DNA of 64,000 nt, taken from positions 1-64,000 of IMG/VR virus record IMGVR_UViG_3300015261_000001; one strand, written 5' to 3'. How positions within the stretch are numbered: position 1 is the stretch's first letter; the number at the start of each line of letters is the position of its first letter. Positions 47,275-56,361 of this stretch are shown piece after piece. The notes beneath the pieces are model-generated. The model saw only the letters and a program-made list of their open reading frames with translations, ran no database searches and was not told where the DNA came from. A program made the position numbers and the translations under genes.

Positions 47275-48566
47275 AGAGGTCCTCCTATCCGCCGAGCAAA
47301 GCCCAACAGGCGCAGAATGATCGCGCCATGATAAAGCTGCTCCTTCGGTGTCAGGGTGAAGTAAGTTTTGCAATACGCCAACAACCGTTCGTGGTCAATG
47401 AGCTGATCACGATAGGACGAGTAAACGAGGTTCTCGAACTCGCCTTCTGGCTGGCCTTTATAGAAGCCTGCCGAGAACAAGTAAGTGATTTGTTCCTCGT
47501 TACCCGGTTGTAGGATGGGATACCCATCGTTGTTGTAATAGAGCTTGTATTGCTTGAAGTCTTTCGGGTTGGTGGTGATGAACCATTTGATCTTGCTGGA
47601 GCGCAGGTTGCCGTACAGGCGAGTGTTTTGCAGACGGCTGGTTTCCATGCGTGCGGCTTGGTTGTCGCAGATCTGGAGCAGGTTCATGTCGCAACGCAGC
47701 AACACTTCCCAGATGTTCACCGTCCCCCAACGACCTTTCTCCAAGCCACCATACTGAATGGAGAACTGGCTGATTGGTGGGTAGAGCGTACGGGCTTCAG
47801 GGTGAAGTACCGCGCACAGGAAGTTCACCAGATACGGGTCATACACCATGTCGACGTTCGGGTCAGTGCCGTACGGGAACACGATGGTGCGTTCAGGGTT
47901 CCAGTAGAACTCGCGCATGATGTAGTTGGAGATGGTCAGATTCCAGTTGAACAGTTCCTGACCGGTTTGTTCTTCTGCGGTGGTGATCAGCGAGTGACCA
48001 CCGTGCAGCGCCGAATCCTTCGAATAGACTTTACGGTCTACTGTTTTACCGACCAGAATGTCGTTGTCAGTTTTGGTCAAGAAGCCCAGCTGACGAACTT
48101 GAATCTGGTAAACCTTGTTCGCAGTGAAGTTGCGGATTTCAGGCTGTTCGACAATGGCAAACAAACCAGCGTGACCATCACCGATGTCCATGATCATAAC
48201 GTCATGGATGATTGGTGCTACATCGAAGATAATCCAGACGCTGTAAATGACCGTACTTTCACCGGTTGTCGGGTCATAGCTGAACGAGCCATCACCTTCA
48301 ATCTTGATCGACAGTCGCTCGATACTGGTGTAGCTCTGGTAAGTGCCGACACCACCCGGTGCAAACGGTTTAGGTTCTTCACCGTCTTGCAGAAACTGGC
48401 GGTAGTAATGAGTCAGTCGAGGACGACCGGTCACCATCGTTAACAAGCTGAGTTCGGGCTGCCAAGTCGAATCAACAATGGAGTGACGGAACGTTTCACT
48501 GTAAATCTTCGGAGCTTCCGGTTTAGGTGCTTCCGGCGCTCCTACTGGGCTAACTGCTAATGGCAT
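47271..48566 (-). CDS. Virion structural protein, possibly neck/head completion
   Basis: 431-aa ORF in the structural operon, with a GAGGT SD. Confidence 0.6.
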   Translation of the reverse strand: MPLAVSPVGAPEAPKPEAPKIYSETFRHSIVDSTWQPELSLLTMVTGRPRLTHYYRQFLQDGEEPKPFAPGGVGTYQSYTSIERLSIKIEGDGSFSYDPTTGESTVIYSVWIIFDVAPIIHDVMIMDIGDGHAGLFAIVEQPEIRNFTANKVYQIQVRQLGFLTKTDNDILVGKTVDRKVYSKDSALHGGHSLITTAEEQTGQELFNWNLTISNYIMREFYWNPERTIVFPYGTDPNVDMVYDPYLVNFLCAVLHPEARTLYPPISQFSIQYGGLEKGRWGTVNIWEVLLRCDMNLLQICDNQAARMETSRLQNTRLYGNLRSSKIKWFITTNPKDFKQYKLYYNNDGYPILQPGNEEQITYLFSAGFYKGQPEGEFENLVYSSYRDQLIDHERLLAYCKTYFTLTPKEQLYHGAIILRLLGFARRIGGPL

Positions 48567-48572
48567 GATTGA

Positions 48573-50078
48573 TTACCTCAAACTGTTAAAATTGTGGGCA
48601 ATAAAGTCCAAATTCATTTCGTAGATATTAAACGGCTTCTGCCATTTGCCCCAGCCTTTGTCGATCCCTTTCTTGATCAGGTGGATGTACTCATTCAGCG
48701 GACGAGGGATTTCACTGAAGTCGAACCAGCTGAAGATACTGAAGATCAAATTCCAACCTTCTGGATAACGCGTTAGATCGCCCCACAACAGCTCAGAGTA
48801 ATCGCGGATCGCGTAATCAAGGGTTATGACGATACGATACGTCAAACGCAAATCAGGGGCCTTGTAGAGCGTTACAGTGCCATCAGCACTCATCCTGAGC
48901 AACGAGGAGTCGACTTGACGGTCACCTTCCCATACTTGCAGGAGGAAAGGGGTGTCGTGGTGACTGAAAGCCACTTCATGGCGACGCAGCAGGTACGCCT
49001 TGGCAGTAGGGTTCCAGTTGAACTCTGGGATGTCGAAGATGTTGCACAGCACTTGCTCTTCAACAGGATCCACTACCAGTCGTGCTTGCAGGATTGGCTG
49101 AATCCAGTATTGCCCCGGATGCGCCCACGGATCGTGTTTCGGTTGTTTCAAATAGAACGGTGTTTGCACGTATGCAGTCGGTGGATTGATTGCACGCATG
49201 TCTTCGATTTCAGGAGCAGCTCGCACCAACACATCTTCCTGATGCTGAATCTGTGGCAGGGTAATGAACTCAAAAGGAATCTCTTCCTGATAAACGTTCA
49301 ATGGGTATTCCAAATCCCAGCCGATGAAATCGTTTAAATAGAAGCTGTAACTGAACTCTACTTCGAACTGACCGTAAGCCTGACCTTTGTTAACTTGCGC
49401 AACAAACGGTTCAGTGAACTGAATCCCCACGCTACTGGATTTCAGTGGCACAACCATCTGTGCGTGATTACCGGCAACGTTGGTCACGATGGTAGACGGC
49501 ATCCGCATGTTGGCGTAGAACCAATCAGCAAAGTCTGGAGTGTCTGGCTTGTTGCGTTGAAGCATGCCGTGGACGATCTCCAGAAACTCCATCAGCTCTT
49601 CGTTAATAACCATGTGCGTGATGGGGTTGTAGTTGAAGTCTACGATCTGGTTCTCGCGCTGACGGTTGATACGGATACGCATCTGTTCCGCTTCAGTCGA
49701 CGAATTGTGACGGGCAACCACACGAACGGTAATCTTCTTGTTCTCAAACGCTGGGCAAATCATCAACGGCAGTTTGTCGCTGTCGATGAAAATAGGTCGC
49801 TCAGTCATGGCAACCCGATTGTTCCAGAATTCACTACGCTGAACATCAGGAACAATGAAAACTTTGTTACGGAACGTGCCGTCAGTATAACGACCAGCAG
49901 TCGCGCCGTCACTCATGTTGGTGCCTACCAGCTTAGCAACATCGTTGCCGCCGTTGTAGTAGATCTGAGCAGCGGTCTCAAGCTTGTAAAAAGCGAGCAC
50001 TGCTTTGATGGAATCGTAAATCGCCGGACGCAGATAGGCGTCATAATGTTCGTTAGTAGCAATGAAAGTTTGAAGCAT
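48573..50078 (-). CDS. Virion structural protein
   Basis: Start revised to MLQTF (GAGGA SD). A hairpin lies just upstream at about 50102-50123. Confidence 0.6.
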   Translation of the reverse strand: MLQTFIATNEHYDAYLRPAIYDSIKAVLAFYKLETAAQIYYNGGNDVAKLVGTNMSDGATAGRYTDGTFRNKVFIVPDVQRSEFWNNRVAMTERPIFIDSDKLPLMICPAFENKKITVRVVARHNSSTEAEQMRIRINRQRENQIVDFNYNPITHMVINEELMEFLEIVHGMLQRNKPDTPDFADWFYANMRMPSTIVTNVAGNHAQMVVPLKSSSVGIQFTEPFVAQVNKGQAYGQFEVEFSYSFYLNDFIGWDLEYPLNVYQEEIPFEFITLPQIQHQEDVLVRAAPEIEDMRAINPPTAYVQTPFYLKQPKHDPWAHPGQYWIQPILQARLVVDPVEEQVLCNIFDIPEFNWNPTAKAYLLRRHEVAFSHHDTPFLLQVWEGDRQVDSSLLRMSADGTVTLYKAPDLRLTYRIVITLDYAIRDYSELLWGDLTRYPEGWNLIFSIFSWFDFSEIPRPLNEYIHLIKKGIDKGWGKWQKPFNIYEMNLDFIAHNFNSLR

Positions 50079-50135
50079 CTGAGCGTCCTCAAAGAAAACC
50101 ACAGCGGAGGGGTTACCTCCGCTGGGGCCTAGTGG

Positions 50136-50885
50136 CTATTCCGGGTCTACGTCACCGGGAGAAGGCATGATGATGTCCTCCCCTTTGGAACGATAGCGGA
50201 TGAAGAGGTGAGGCCCCTTCTTGGGCTTCAACACCACCATCCCTGAAAACCCATCCGTTACAACATCAATGATCTGACCTTTACCCAAGTCAGCCGCAGT
50301 CAGGTCAGTGATACCTACAGTTTCGAGGTAAGCAATAACCTTCTTGGAGAACTTGGCGGTCAGGGCCTTTTTACCCGAGGTGAAAACTTCACCCTCGCCC
50401 TGGAACACATGACCCGACAGTGCGATTTGCAGACGTGGACCCTGCAAAGGAACTTGGATCGTTTGGTTCTTTGTTTCGGTGGGTTGTTCTTTATGAACCC
50501 ACAGGACGATATTGCCCGTCCAGATAACGCTGTCTTCTGGAACGGTCAGGTCATAAACAAAGTGAGTGAGGTCACCGAACTCAACCACCTGTTCATCTAC
50601 CTTGTAGTCAACACCTTCTACCCAGAACAGGTCGTACTTCTCAGCAAAACGTTTGATTACGTCAGTGAGAGTTTCGCCGGCAGTTGCGGTAATACCGGCT
50701 TCAGCCCTTTTCAGGAAACTCGGTAGCGATGTCTTTTCCAGCTGCACGTTATCGTTGGTAACACCATCGGTAACTACGGTCAAAACAGACCGCAACAGGT
50801 TATCGGAACGCGCGGCAGTAATCGCACTACCTTCTGGCAATTGCGCCAGGAAACGTTCAAGAACTCGCGGATGGAGGTTGTTCAT
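50136..50885 (-). CDS. Hypothetical, probably virion-associated protein
   Basis: 249-aa ORF, TAATG-coupled to the upstream gene. Confidence 0.65.
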   Translation of the reverse strand: MNNLHPRVLERFLAQLPEGSAITAARSDNLLRSVLTVVTDGVTNDNVQLEKTSLPSFLKRAEAGITATAGETLTDVIKRFAEKYDLFWVEGVDYKVDEQVVEFGDLTHFVYDLTVPEDSVIWTGNIVLWVHKEQPTETKNQTIQVPLQGPRLQIALSGHVFQGEGEVFTSGKKALTAKFSKKVIAYLETVGITDLTAADLGKGQIIDVVTDGFSGMVVLKPKKGPHLFIRYRSKGEDIIMPSPGDVDPE

Positions 50886-52312
50886 TATTTCTTACCCTTC
50901 TTCTCATCGTCGTCTTTAGTGGCGGCAGCGCCCTCAGCAACGAAGATGTGCGGAGTAATGCCCGTGATCGCCTTACGGATACCTTCCGTGATTTTGTTGT
51001 GCTCCTTGACCTTCTTCTTGGCACTGTTAACAGCTGCCTTGGCGTTCTTGATCTTTTCCTGCATGCCCGACTTGGTAGCAGCCGCTGCTTCGGCATTCTT
51101 GTCATCACCGTTAGCAGAATCGCCAGCCTTCTTCAGTTCAGCAAGAGCAGCTTCGGTTTTCTTCTTTTCATCTTGAAGATCCGAACTGCCCGCGCTTTGC
51201 TTAGTCAGCAAACCCATCAGGCCGTCGATCACACCACTCGCCGAAGCAGGGTTAGACAGACGTGCAACGATCTTGCCCATAGCGCCAGTCGGGTCGACTT
51301 TAGCGGCCAGCGCAGCGATACCGGTTTTAGCCGCATCGTTGATCTGCGCGTCAGCCGCCTTGTCCATACCCTGAATGGCTTTCTTGTTGTCGTCAGCCGT
51401 GGACTCAACAACCTTGTCCTTCTCTTTCTCACCGTCAGAGTCGAACCAGTCCTTAACCGCCGTCCAAGCAGCCATCACCGCATCGTAGGCTTTACGCCCC
51501 AGTTCCTTGATCGCGTCGTAGACAGGACCTTCGTTACCGGTGTACAGCTGGAGACGAATGCCATTAGCGTTAGCCACGCCTTCGAAATACAGGCGGTCGC
51601 TACTTTCAGTACCGTTGAGGAAGTCCTCGATACCTTGCAGCATGGATAGTGGGTGATCGAACGCTTTCTCGAAAGCACAGCCGCAGGCGCAATCTTCGAG
51701 AGTGGTGCATTCAGTGCCGGCAACCCAGTCCATCATCGGAACGGTGTTGACGTAGTTGTAGTCGACCGGAGCAAACTCTTCCAGACCGGCCAACATACCC
51801 AGACGACTGGTAACGAACACATCCACCAGCGAAAGGATCTTCGCGATGTAAGCCAGTTGACTGGAAACAGCGTTACAGATCTCAACGCTGAGATCGTTCA
51901 GCCTTTCTTCGCTGTTGAAAGTTTCCAGCAGAGAGTAAGCTGCGCTGATCAGGTTGCCTACCGCCGATTGACACTCGTGGTCGTTGTTCTTGTTACCCAA
52001 CGAACAGATCATCATGGAGATGTCACGACCGGTGTGGCGCAGACCAGAATGCATGTCTTCCAACAACTGGACCAAGTAGCGTTCCAGCAGTTGGTTAACT
52101 TTCAGCTCGGACTCGTCGTAGTAGTCGAGTTCACGACCCACCACTTCAGAGCAACGAGTGATTTGTTCCCGGAGTGCTTCTTTGGTCAAAGCGATACCGT
52201 GACCTTTCAAGTACTCGAGCAGCTGGGGAGACTGGCCGGCGTCAATCGCCGTTTCATCCAGACGGGAGTAAATCGTCCCCATCAAACCCAGACGATAAAT
52301 GGATTCACTCAT
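50885..52312 (-). CDS. Inner-head (ejection) protein, phiKZ gp93-97-like paralog family
   Basis: Start revised to MSESIY. Multiple G-x-E sites (AGLEE, AGTEC, QGIED, NGTES, TGNEG) precede an amphipathic helix. Confidence 0.65.
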   Translation of the reverse strand: MSESIYRLGLMGTIYSRLDETAIDAGQSPQLLEYLKGHGIALTKEALREQITRCSEVVGRELDYYDESELKVNQLLERYLVQLLEDMHSGLRHTGRDISMMICSLGNKNNDHECQSAVGNLISAAYSLLETFNSEERLNDLSVEICNAVSSQLAYIAKILSLVDVFVTSRLGMLAGLEEFAPVDYNYVNTVPMMDWVAGTECTTLEDCACGCAFEKAFDHPLSMLQGIEDFLNGTESSDRLYFEGVANANGIRLQLYTGNEGPVYDAIKELGRKAYDAVMAAWTAVKDWFDSDGEKEKDKVVESTADDNKKAIQGMDKAADAQINDAAKTGIAALAAKVDPTGAMGKIVARLSNPASASGVIDGLMGLLTKQSAGSSDLQDEKKKTEAALAELKKAGDSANGDDKNAEAAAATKSGMQEKIKNAKAAVNSAKKKVKEHNKITEGIRKAITGITPHIFVAEGAAATKDDDEKKGKK

Positions 52313-52811
52313 CAACAGATTCCTTCTTGAACTTGACAGCCAGCACACCGCGGTACATGACCGAGTTGCGGGCATCAATGAGTAGAGTGTCTTCAGAAGT
52401 CGAAAGTTCTACTTCATGGCGGGGCAGGCTAGAAAGACCGACGAAGGCTTGCCACAACGAATACAGTTTGCCCAGTTCGTCGCCTTCACGCACTTCAAGC
52501 AGTTCACCTTCAACCAGCGGTGACTCTTCTTGAGCGGTGTCGATACCCAGACCAGCAGCCACATCCACAGCGCCCAAAGTGGAACCCGGGGTGTAGGTAA
52601 GCTCACTGATATCCTGAGGTGCGGCGAAAAGGTCGTTCAGGTCAATACGCTCGATCAGGACAACTTCTTTACGCTCTCCTGAGAACACGTATTTGAAGTA
52701 TTTGTCGTTAACCTGAGTGGTTACACCGAAACGAGTGTTGCTCAGCTTACACAAGCCTGTGGAGCTTGCCAGAGCCACGATGGAAGAACCATTGAGTACA
52801 TTCAAACGCAT
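52305..52811 (-). CDS. Hypothetical protein
   Basis: 168-aa ORF within the operon. Confidence 0.65.
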   Translation of the reverse strand: MRLNVLNGSSIVALASSTGLCKLSNTRFGVTTQVNDKYFKYVFSGERKEVVLIERIDLNDLFAAPQDISELTYTPGSTLGAVDVAAGLGIDTAQEESPLVEGELLEVREGDELGKLYSLWQAFVGLSSLPRHEVELSTSEDTLLIDARNSVMYRGVLAVKFKKESVDE

Positions 52812-52814
52812 GGC

Positions 52815-53861
52815 TTAACCCTTCTTGGTAGCGGCGGAGATAACGTCCAGGATAGCGTTAGCCGAACGGTACAACGCAGTCTGAAGCACCTTAATGTTGG
52901 CCATGGCTTCACGCACCAGCGCCTTGGTGTTCTCAACGGACTGTCTACCCTTGGCGTTATCTTTAGCCACCCGAGCCGAAACAATCAGTTGGTTCTCCAG
53001 TTGCTTGATGAACTTGCCTTCAAGGTCGTGGACGTTCTTCGCCATGGTGTCCAGTTTGACTTTCAGCGCTTTGTACTCTTTGACGTGAGTCTGGAGTTCC
53101 GAAGTCGTGGTGTGGAAAACCGCACCGCTGACATTGCGCTGGGACTGGACGTTGATGTGGTAAGCAAAGCGACCATCTTTGAAACTCAGGTCGTCAAGGC
53201 TCAGGAAGCTGATCGGCTTATTGGTGATGCCGAACGCAGTAGCAACTTCTTTGCTGAACGATTCGTTGATACCGGTATAATCGATTTCAGAGGTTTCGTT
53301 CATCAGCGCGGTGTGCGCGCTGTCCGACAGACCCTTCAGCAACTCGGTGTACTTGTTGGTCTTGTCGATGGCTTTGGCTGCGTTGGTGATTGCAGCGGTC
53401 AGCCAGCTGATGTTGGATTCCGGCTTACCCGTCTTCAGATAAATGAAGGAAACCGATTTCGGGTAAGGAATATCACCATCTTTAGCCCCGTGGGCATCAA
53501 CCAGGTTGGTGATGTTCTCAGCCTTTTGTTCGATGATCTTTTTCTTGCTGCCAAAGAAACTCCAAAGCCACTTGAAGAAATCTTTAACCGCTTGAATGGA
53601 AGCTTTAACACCACTCTTAATAGTGTCAACAAAACCTTCAACACCACCAACCGAATCAAACATGACGGGTGGGCTTGGGCGGTTGTTGAGGATGTAGCTG
53701 TAAACGTGTTCCAGACCGGAGATCTGATCGTTTTCGTTAGAGAGCTTCGCCAGCACTGGTTCTTCTGTAACTGCGTCGAAGCCTTCTTTGTCTTCTTCAT
53801 ACAGCTGAGCAACAGCTGGCGCTACGACGTAACGCAGAGGAATAGCAGAGGCGGGATTCAT
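52815..53861 (-). CDS. Inner-head protein, gp93-97-like paralog
   Basis: Start revised to MNPASA, because the longer ORF runs through a terminator. Has SGLEH and GGVE|GFVDTIKSGVKASIQAVKDFFKWLWSFF. Confidence 0.7.
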   Translation of the reverse strand: MNPASAIPLRYVVAPAVAQLYEEDKEGFDAVTEEPVLAKLSNENDQISGLEHVYSYILNNRPSPPVMFDSVGGVEGFVDTIKSGVKASIQAVKDFFKWLWSFFGSKKKIIEQKAENITNLVDAHGAKDGDIPYPKSVSFIYLKTGKPESNISWLTAAITNAAKAIDKTNKYTELLKGLSDSAHTALMNETSEIDYTGINESFSKEVATAFGITNKPISFLSLDDLSFKDGRFAYHINVQSQRNVSGAVFHTTTSELQTHVKEYKALKVKLDTMAKNVHDLEGKFIKQLENQLIVSARVAKDNAKGRQSVENTKALVREAMANIKVLQTALYRSANAILDVISAATKKG

Positions 53862-53923
53862 AATGCTTACCTGTTGGCCATTAAGGTTTAGTACATAGCA
53901 TCGGATAAATCGAAATGCGTAAT

Positions 53924-53961
53924 AAAACCTACCTACCAGGTTGCCCCGGTAGGTAGGTTTT
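53924..53961. terminator. Terminator hairpin
   Basis: AAAACCTACCTACC-(10 nt)-GGTAGGTAGGTTTT. Confidence 0.8.
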
Positions 53962-54000
53962 TCAGGCACTGTGGATTAACCACGCCGGCCGCAGTCAGGC

Positions 54001-55287
54001 TCAGATGTGAGCTTGAACAGCGTCCATGGTCTGGCGAGCCAGAGCGGCGTACAGTTTTTCCATGGTGATGGTCAGGCCGGAAGCCGAAACGAAGATCGCC
54101 TTAACCAGGTCGATTGCTTTGCCGTTGGCTTCTTTGCCGTCGCTGTTGGACTTGGTCTTGACGTTCAGAGTACCGACCACGCGATCACGCTCAGCTTTGG
54201 AGAACTTCTGCTGAACCTTGCTCGAACGGATTTCTTCGACGTAGGACTTGACCGAGGCCAGGGCGCCTTGCAGTGCAGCTGGAGTCGAGACCTTGGTGGC
54301 CACTTCGCCGGTGCTGAACTTCTTGGCGTCTTCGGTTTTACCGAAGGAGATTTTGATCGAGCGAGCAGCAGCAACGATCTCGGCGTCGGTTTCGTACTTC
54401 TCGGAGAAGACCGCGAAGATACGGAAACCAGCGTGAGCGCCCAGGACGGTGTGCTTGTCGGCCGAGTCAGTTTTCTCGCTGACTTTACCAACGGCTTTTG
54501 CAACGCCTTTGATGTCAGCGATCAGCGCGCCGTAGGCAGACTTGAACTTGGCGGCGTCGATGCCGTCGAGGTTCTTGCCCAGGTCCATGAAGGCTGGCAG
54601 AGCAGTGGCGGTCAGTTCGAACATCGAGTGGCCGGCCAGAGTTTCCAGACCTTTCAGGCCGTCGGTGGCGTAGTCGAGGCCGACGTTCCAGCCGCCCAGC
54701 TTGATCTTGTCCTTGATGGTGGCGGTCTTCACGCGCTCGCTCAGTTGCTTTTGACGGCGTTCCAGAGCGGAGGCGGTGTTGAACATGCCCACGAAGAAGT
54801 TGATCACGGTGTTGAAGATGTGCTTGATGTACTCGACAGCTTTGCTGGCACCGGCTTTGATGGTGCCCATGAAGCCTTCGATACCGGACACGGATGCCAG
54901 GCGAGCGGTGGCCGCATCGGAGATGGATTCAGCACCCAGGGTGGCGAAGTTTTGGCCGCCCAGTTTGGCGTTCAGTTTCAGAGCGCGGTTGTACTTCTGA
55001 GCGAAAGCCAGGGACGAGAACTGACCGGAGGCCAACAGACCTTCCATGCCGCCGACTTCTTCCTGAAGCTCTTCAACAGCTTCTTCGTGCTCGACCAGTT
55101 CTTCTTTGATTTCGACAACAGCTTCAGCCAGCTGCTCAACTTCAGCAATGGCTTCGGCAACGTCGGCACGCACTTCTTCTACAGCGGCTTCGGTTACGAC
55201 GACTTCGCCGTTGCCTTCGCCACCAGGTTCGCCGGTGCCACCGGCCAGAAGATCTTCAACACCTTGGTACAGAGAGAGAATGCTCAT
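54001..55287 (-). CDS. Abundant inner-head protein, gp93-97-like paralog
   Basis: Glu-rich propeptide, with QGVED, GGMEG, LGAES and SGIE|GFMGTIKAGASKAVEYIKHIFNTVINFF. Strong codon bias. Confidence 0.78.
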   Translation of the reverse strand: MSILSLYQGVEDLLAGGTGEPGGEGNGEVVVTEAAVEEVRADVAEAIAEVEQLAEAVVEIKEELVEHEEAVEELQEEVGGMEGLLASGQFSSLAFAQKYNRALKLNAKLGGQNFATLGAESISDAATARLASVSGIEGFMGTIKAGASKAVEYIKHIFNTVINFFVGMFNTASALERRQKQLSERVKTATIKDKIKLGGWNVGLDYATDGLKGLETLAGHSMFELTATALPAFMDLGKNLDGIDAAKFKSAYGALIADIKGVAKAVGKVSEKTDSADKHTVLGAHAGFRIFAVFSEKYETDAEIVAAARSIKISFGKTEDAKKFSTGEVATKVSTPAALQGALASVKSYVEEIRSSKVQQKFSKAERDRVVGTLNVKTKSNSDGKEANGKAIDLVKAIFVSASGLTITMEKLYAALARQTMDAVQAHI

Positions 55288-55336
55288 GAGCACATGTTCC
55301 TTTGTTCGTTAACGAATGGATTGTTTATAAACAGGT

Positions 55337-56350
55337 TTAAGCGAAAACCCCGAGCACACCATGAATGTACTTGTCGGTATACCCGACGACACGCGGGGTG
55401 AATCCGCTATAAAATGCGAGAGCACCCATATTGCCTGCCATCAGCTTTTCTGCTTCACCAACTACGGTTTTGCTTACCTGATCCAGCTGACTCAGGTTAC
55501 CGTCAACTCCTTTGACCATTTCGGCCCAGGATTTGATGAATCCAAGGTAGTTGTCATAGGATTCCTTAACACGCTTGTGGAGGGCGTTAACCTTATCCAG
55601 CTTGTTAAGGATTTCCGAGATTTCCGACTTGGACATGGTCAGGGTTTTAGCCTCACCTTCGGGGGCTTCCCCGGCGATGGAGTACTTCGGCGAACCCTGG
55701 TTGCTGAAGATGAAGTAGCGACCACCTGGGAGAACGTCCGACTTGAACGCATTGCCCATGTGGTTACCCAGATTGAAGTCCGGGTACTTCAGGTCATTGA
55801 ACTCGTCGATGACCGAATGAACTTGTTCAGACTTGTTGGCACCCTTCAATTTCTTGAGAGTCACCAACTCCTTATCCAAGTAAGCGATAAGGTCCTTGGT
55901 ATGCTTATCGAAAGCTTCGAGAACTTTGATGAGCGTATCCATGTCCTGCAAAATATGGTCAGGGTCACCTTTCGAGGTAATCGTTGCAACCTTGGCAGCC
56001 GACAACTTAATGTCTTTATCCGCCACCTTGTTCACATCTTTGAGGATGTTTTTGATCAAGGAAGAGTTGTCATCGAACGACTTGGTTACCGCGTTCCCTG
56101 CCAGAGTTACCCCTTTCAAGAAACCATCGATAGCCTTGCCGCCTACCCACTTGGTGACGCTGAACAACCCACGCCCCACACTGGTGAGGGTGTCGAGAGC
56201 ATCTTCTTTCAGATCCTCGCAACCCGCAACAATAGGAGCGCGGTCAGAGCCCATGATTTTACCCAACTCGATCAGATCGCGTTGGAGGCCGATGAGGGTC
56301 TGGTGGTGTTCCAGTGCATCGGCGTAGCTGCGTTTATGACCGGCGCTCAT
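55337..56350 (-). CDS. Inner-head protein, gp93-97-like paralog
   Basis: Start revised to MSAGHK (AAAGGA SD). Has an AGCE|D site and SDVLPGGRYF, paralleling SVELMGGAYF in 56362. Confidence 0.7.
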   Translation of the reverse strand: MSAGHKRSYADALEHHQTLIGLQRDLIELGKIMGSDRAPIVAGCEDLKEDALDTLTSVGRGLFSVTKWVGGKAIDGFLKGVTLAGNAVTKSFDDNSSLIKNILKDVNKVADKDIKLSAAKVATITSKGDPDHILQDMDTLIKVLEAFDKHTKDLIAYLDKELVTLKKLKGANKSEQVHSVIDEFNDLKYPDFNLGNHMGNAFKSDVLPGGRYFIFSNQGSPKYSIAGEAPEGEAKTLTMSKSEISEILNKLDKVNALHKRVKESYDNYLGFIKSWAEMVKGVDGNLSQLDQVSKTVVGEAEKLMAGNMGALAFYSGFTPRVVGYTDKYIHGVLGVFA

Positions 56351-56361
56351 GTTGTTGTCCT

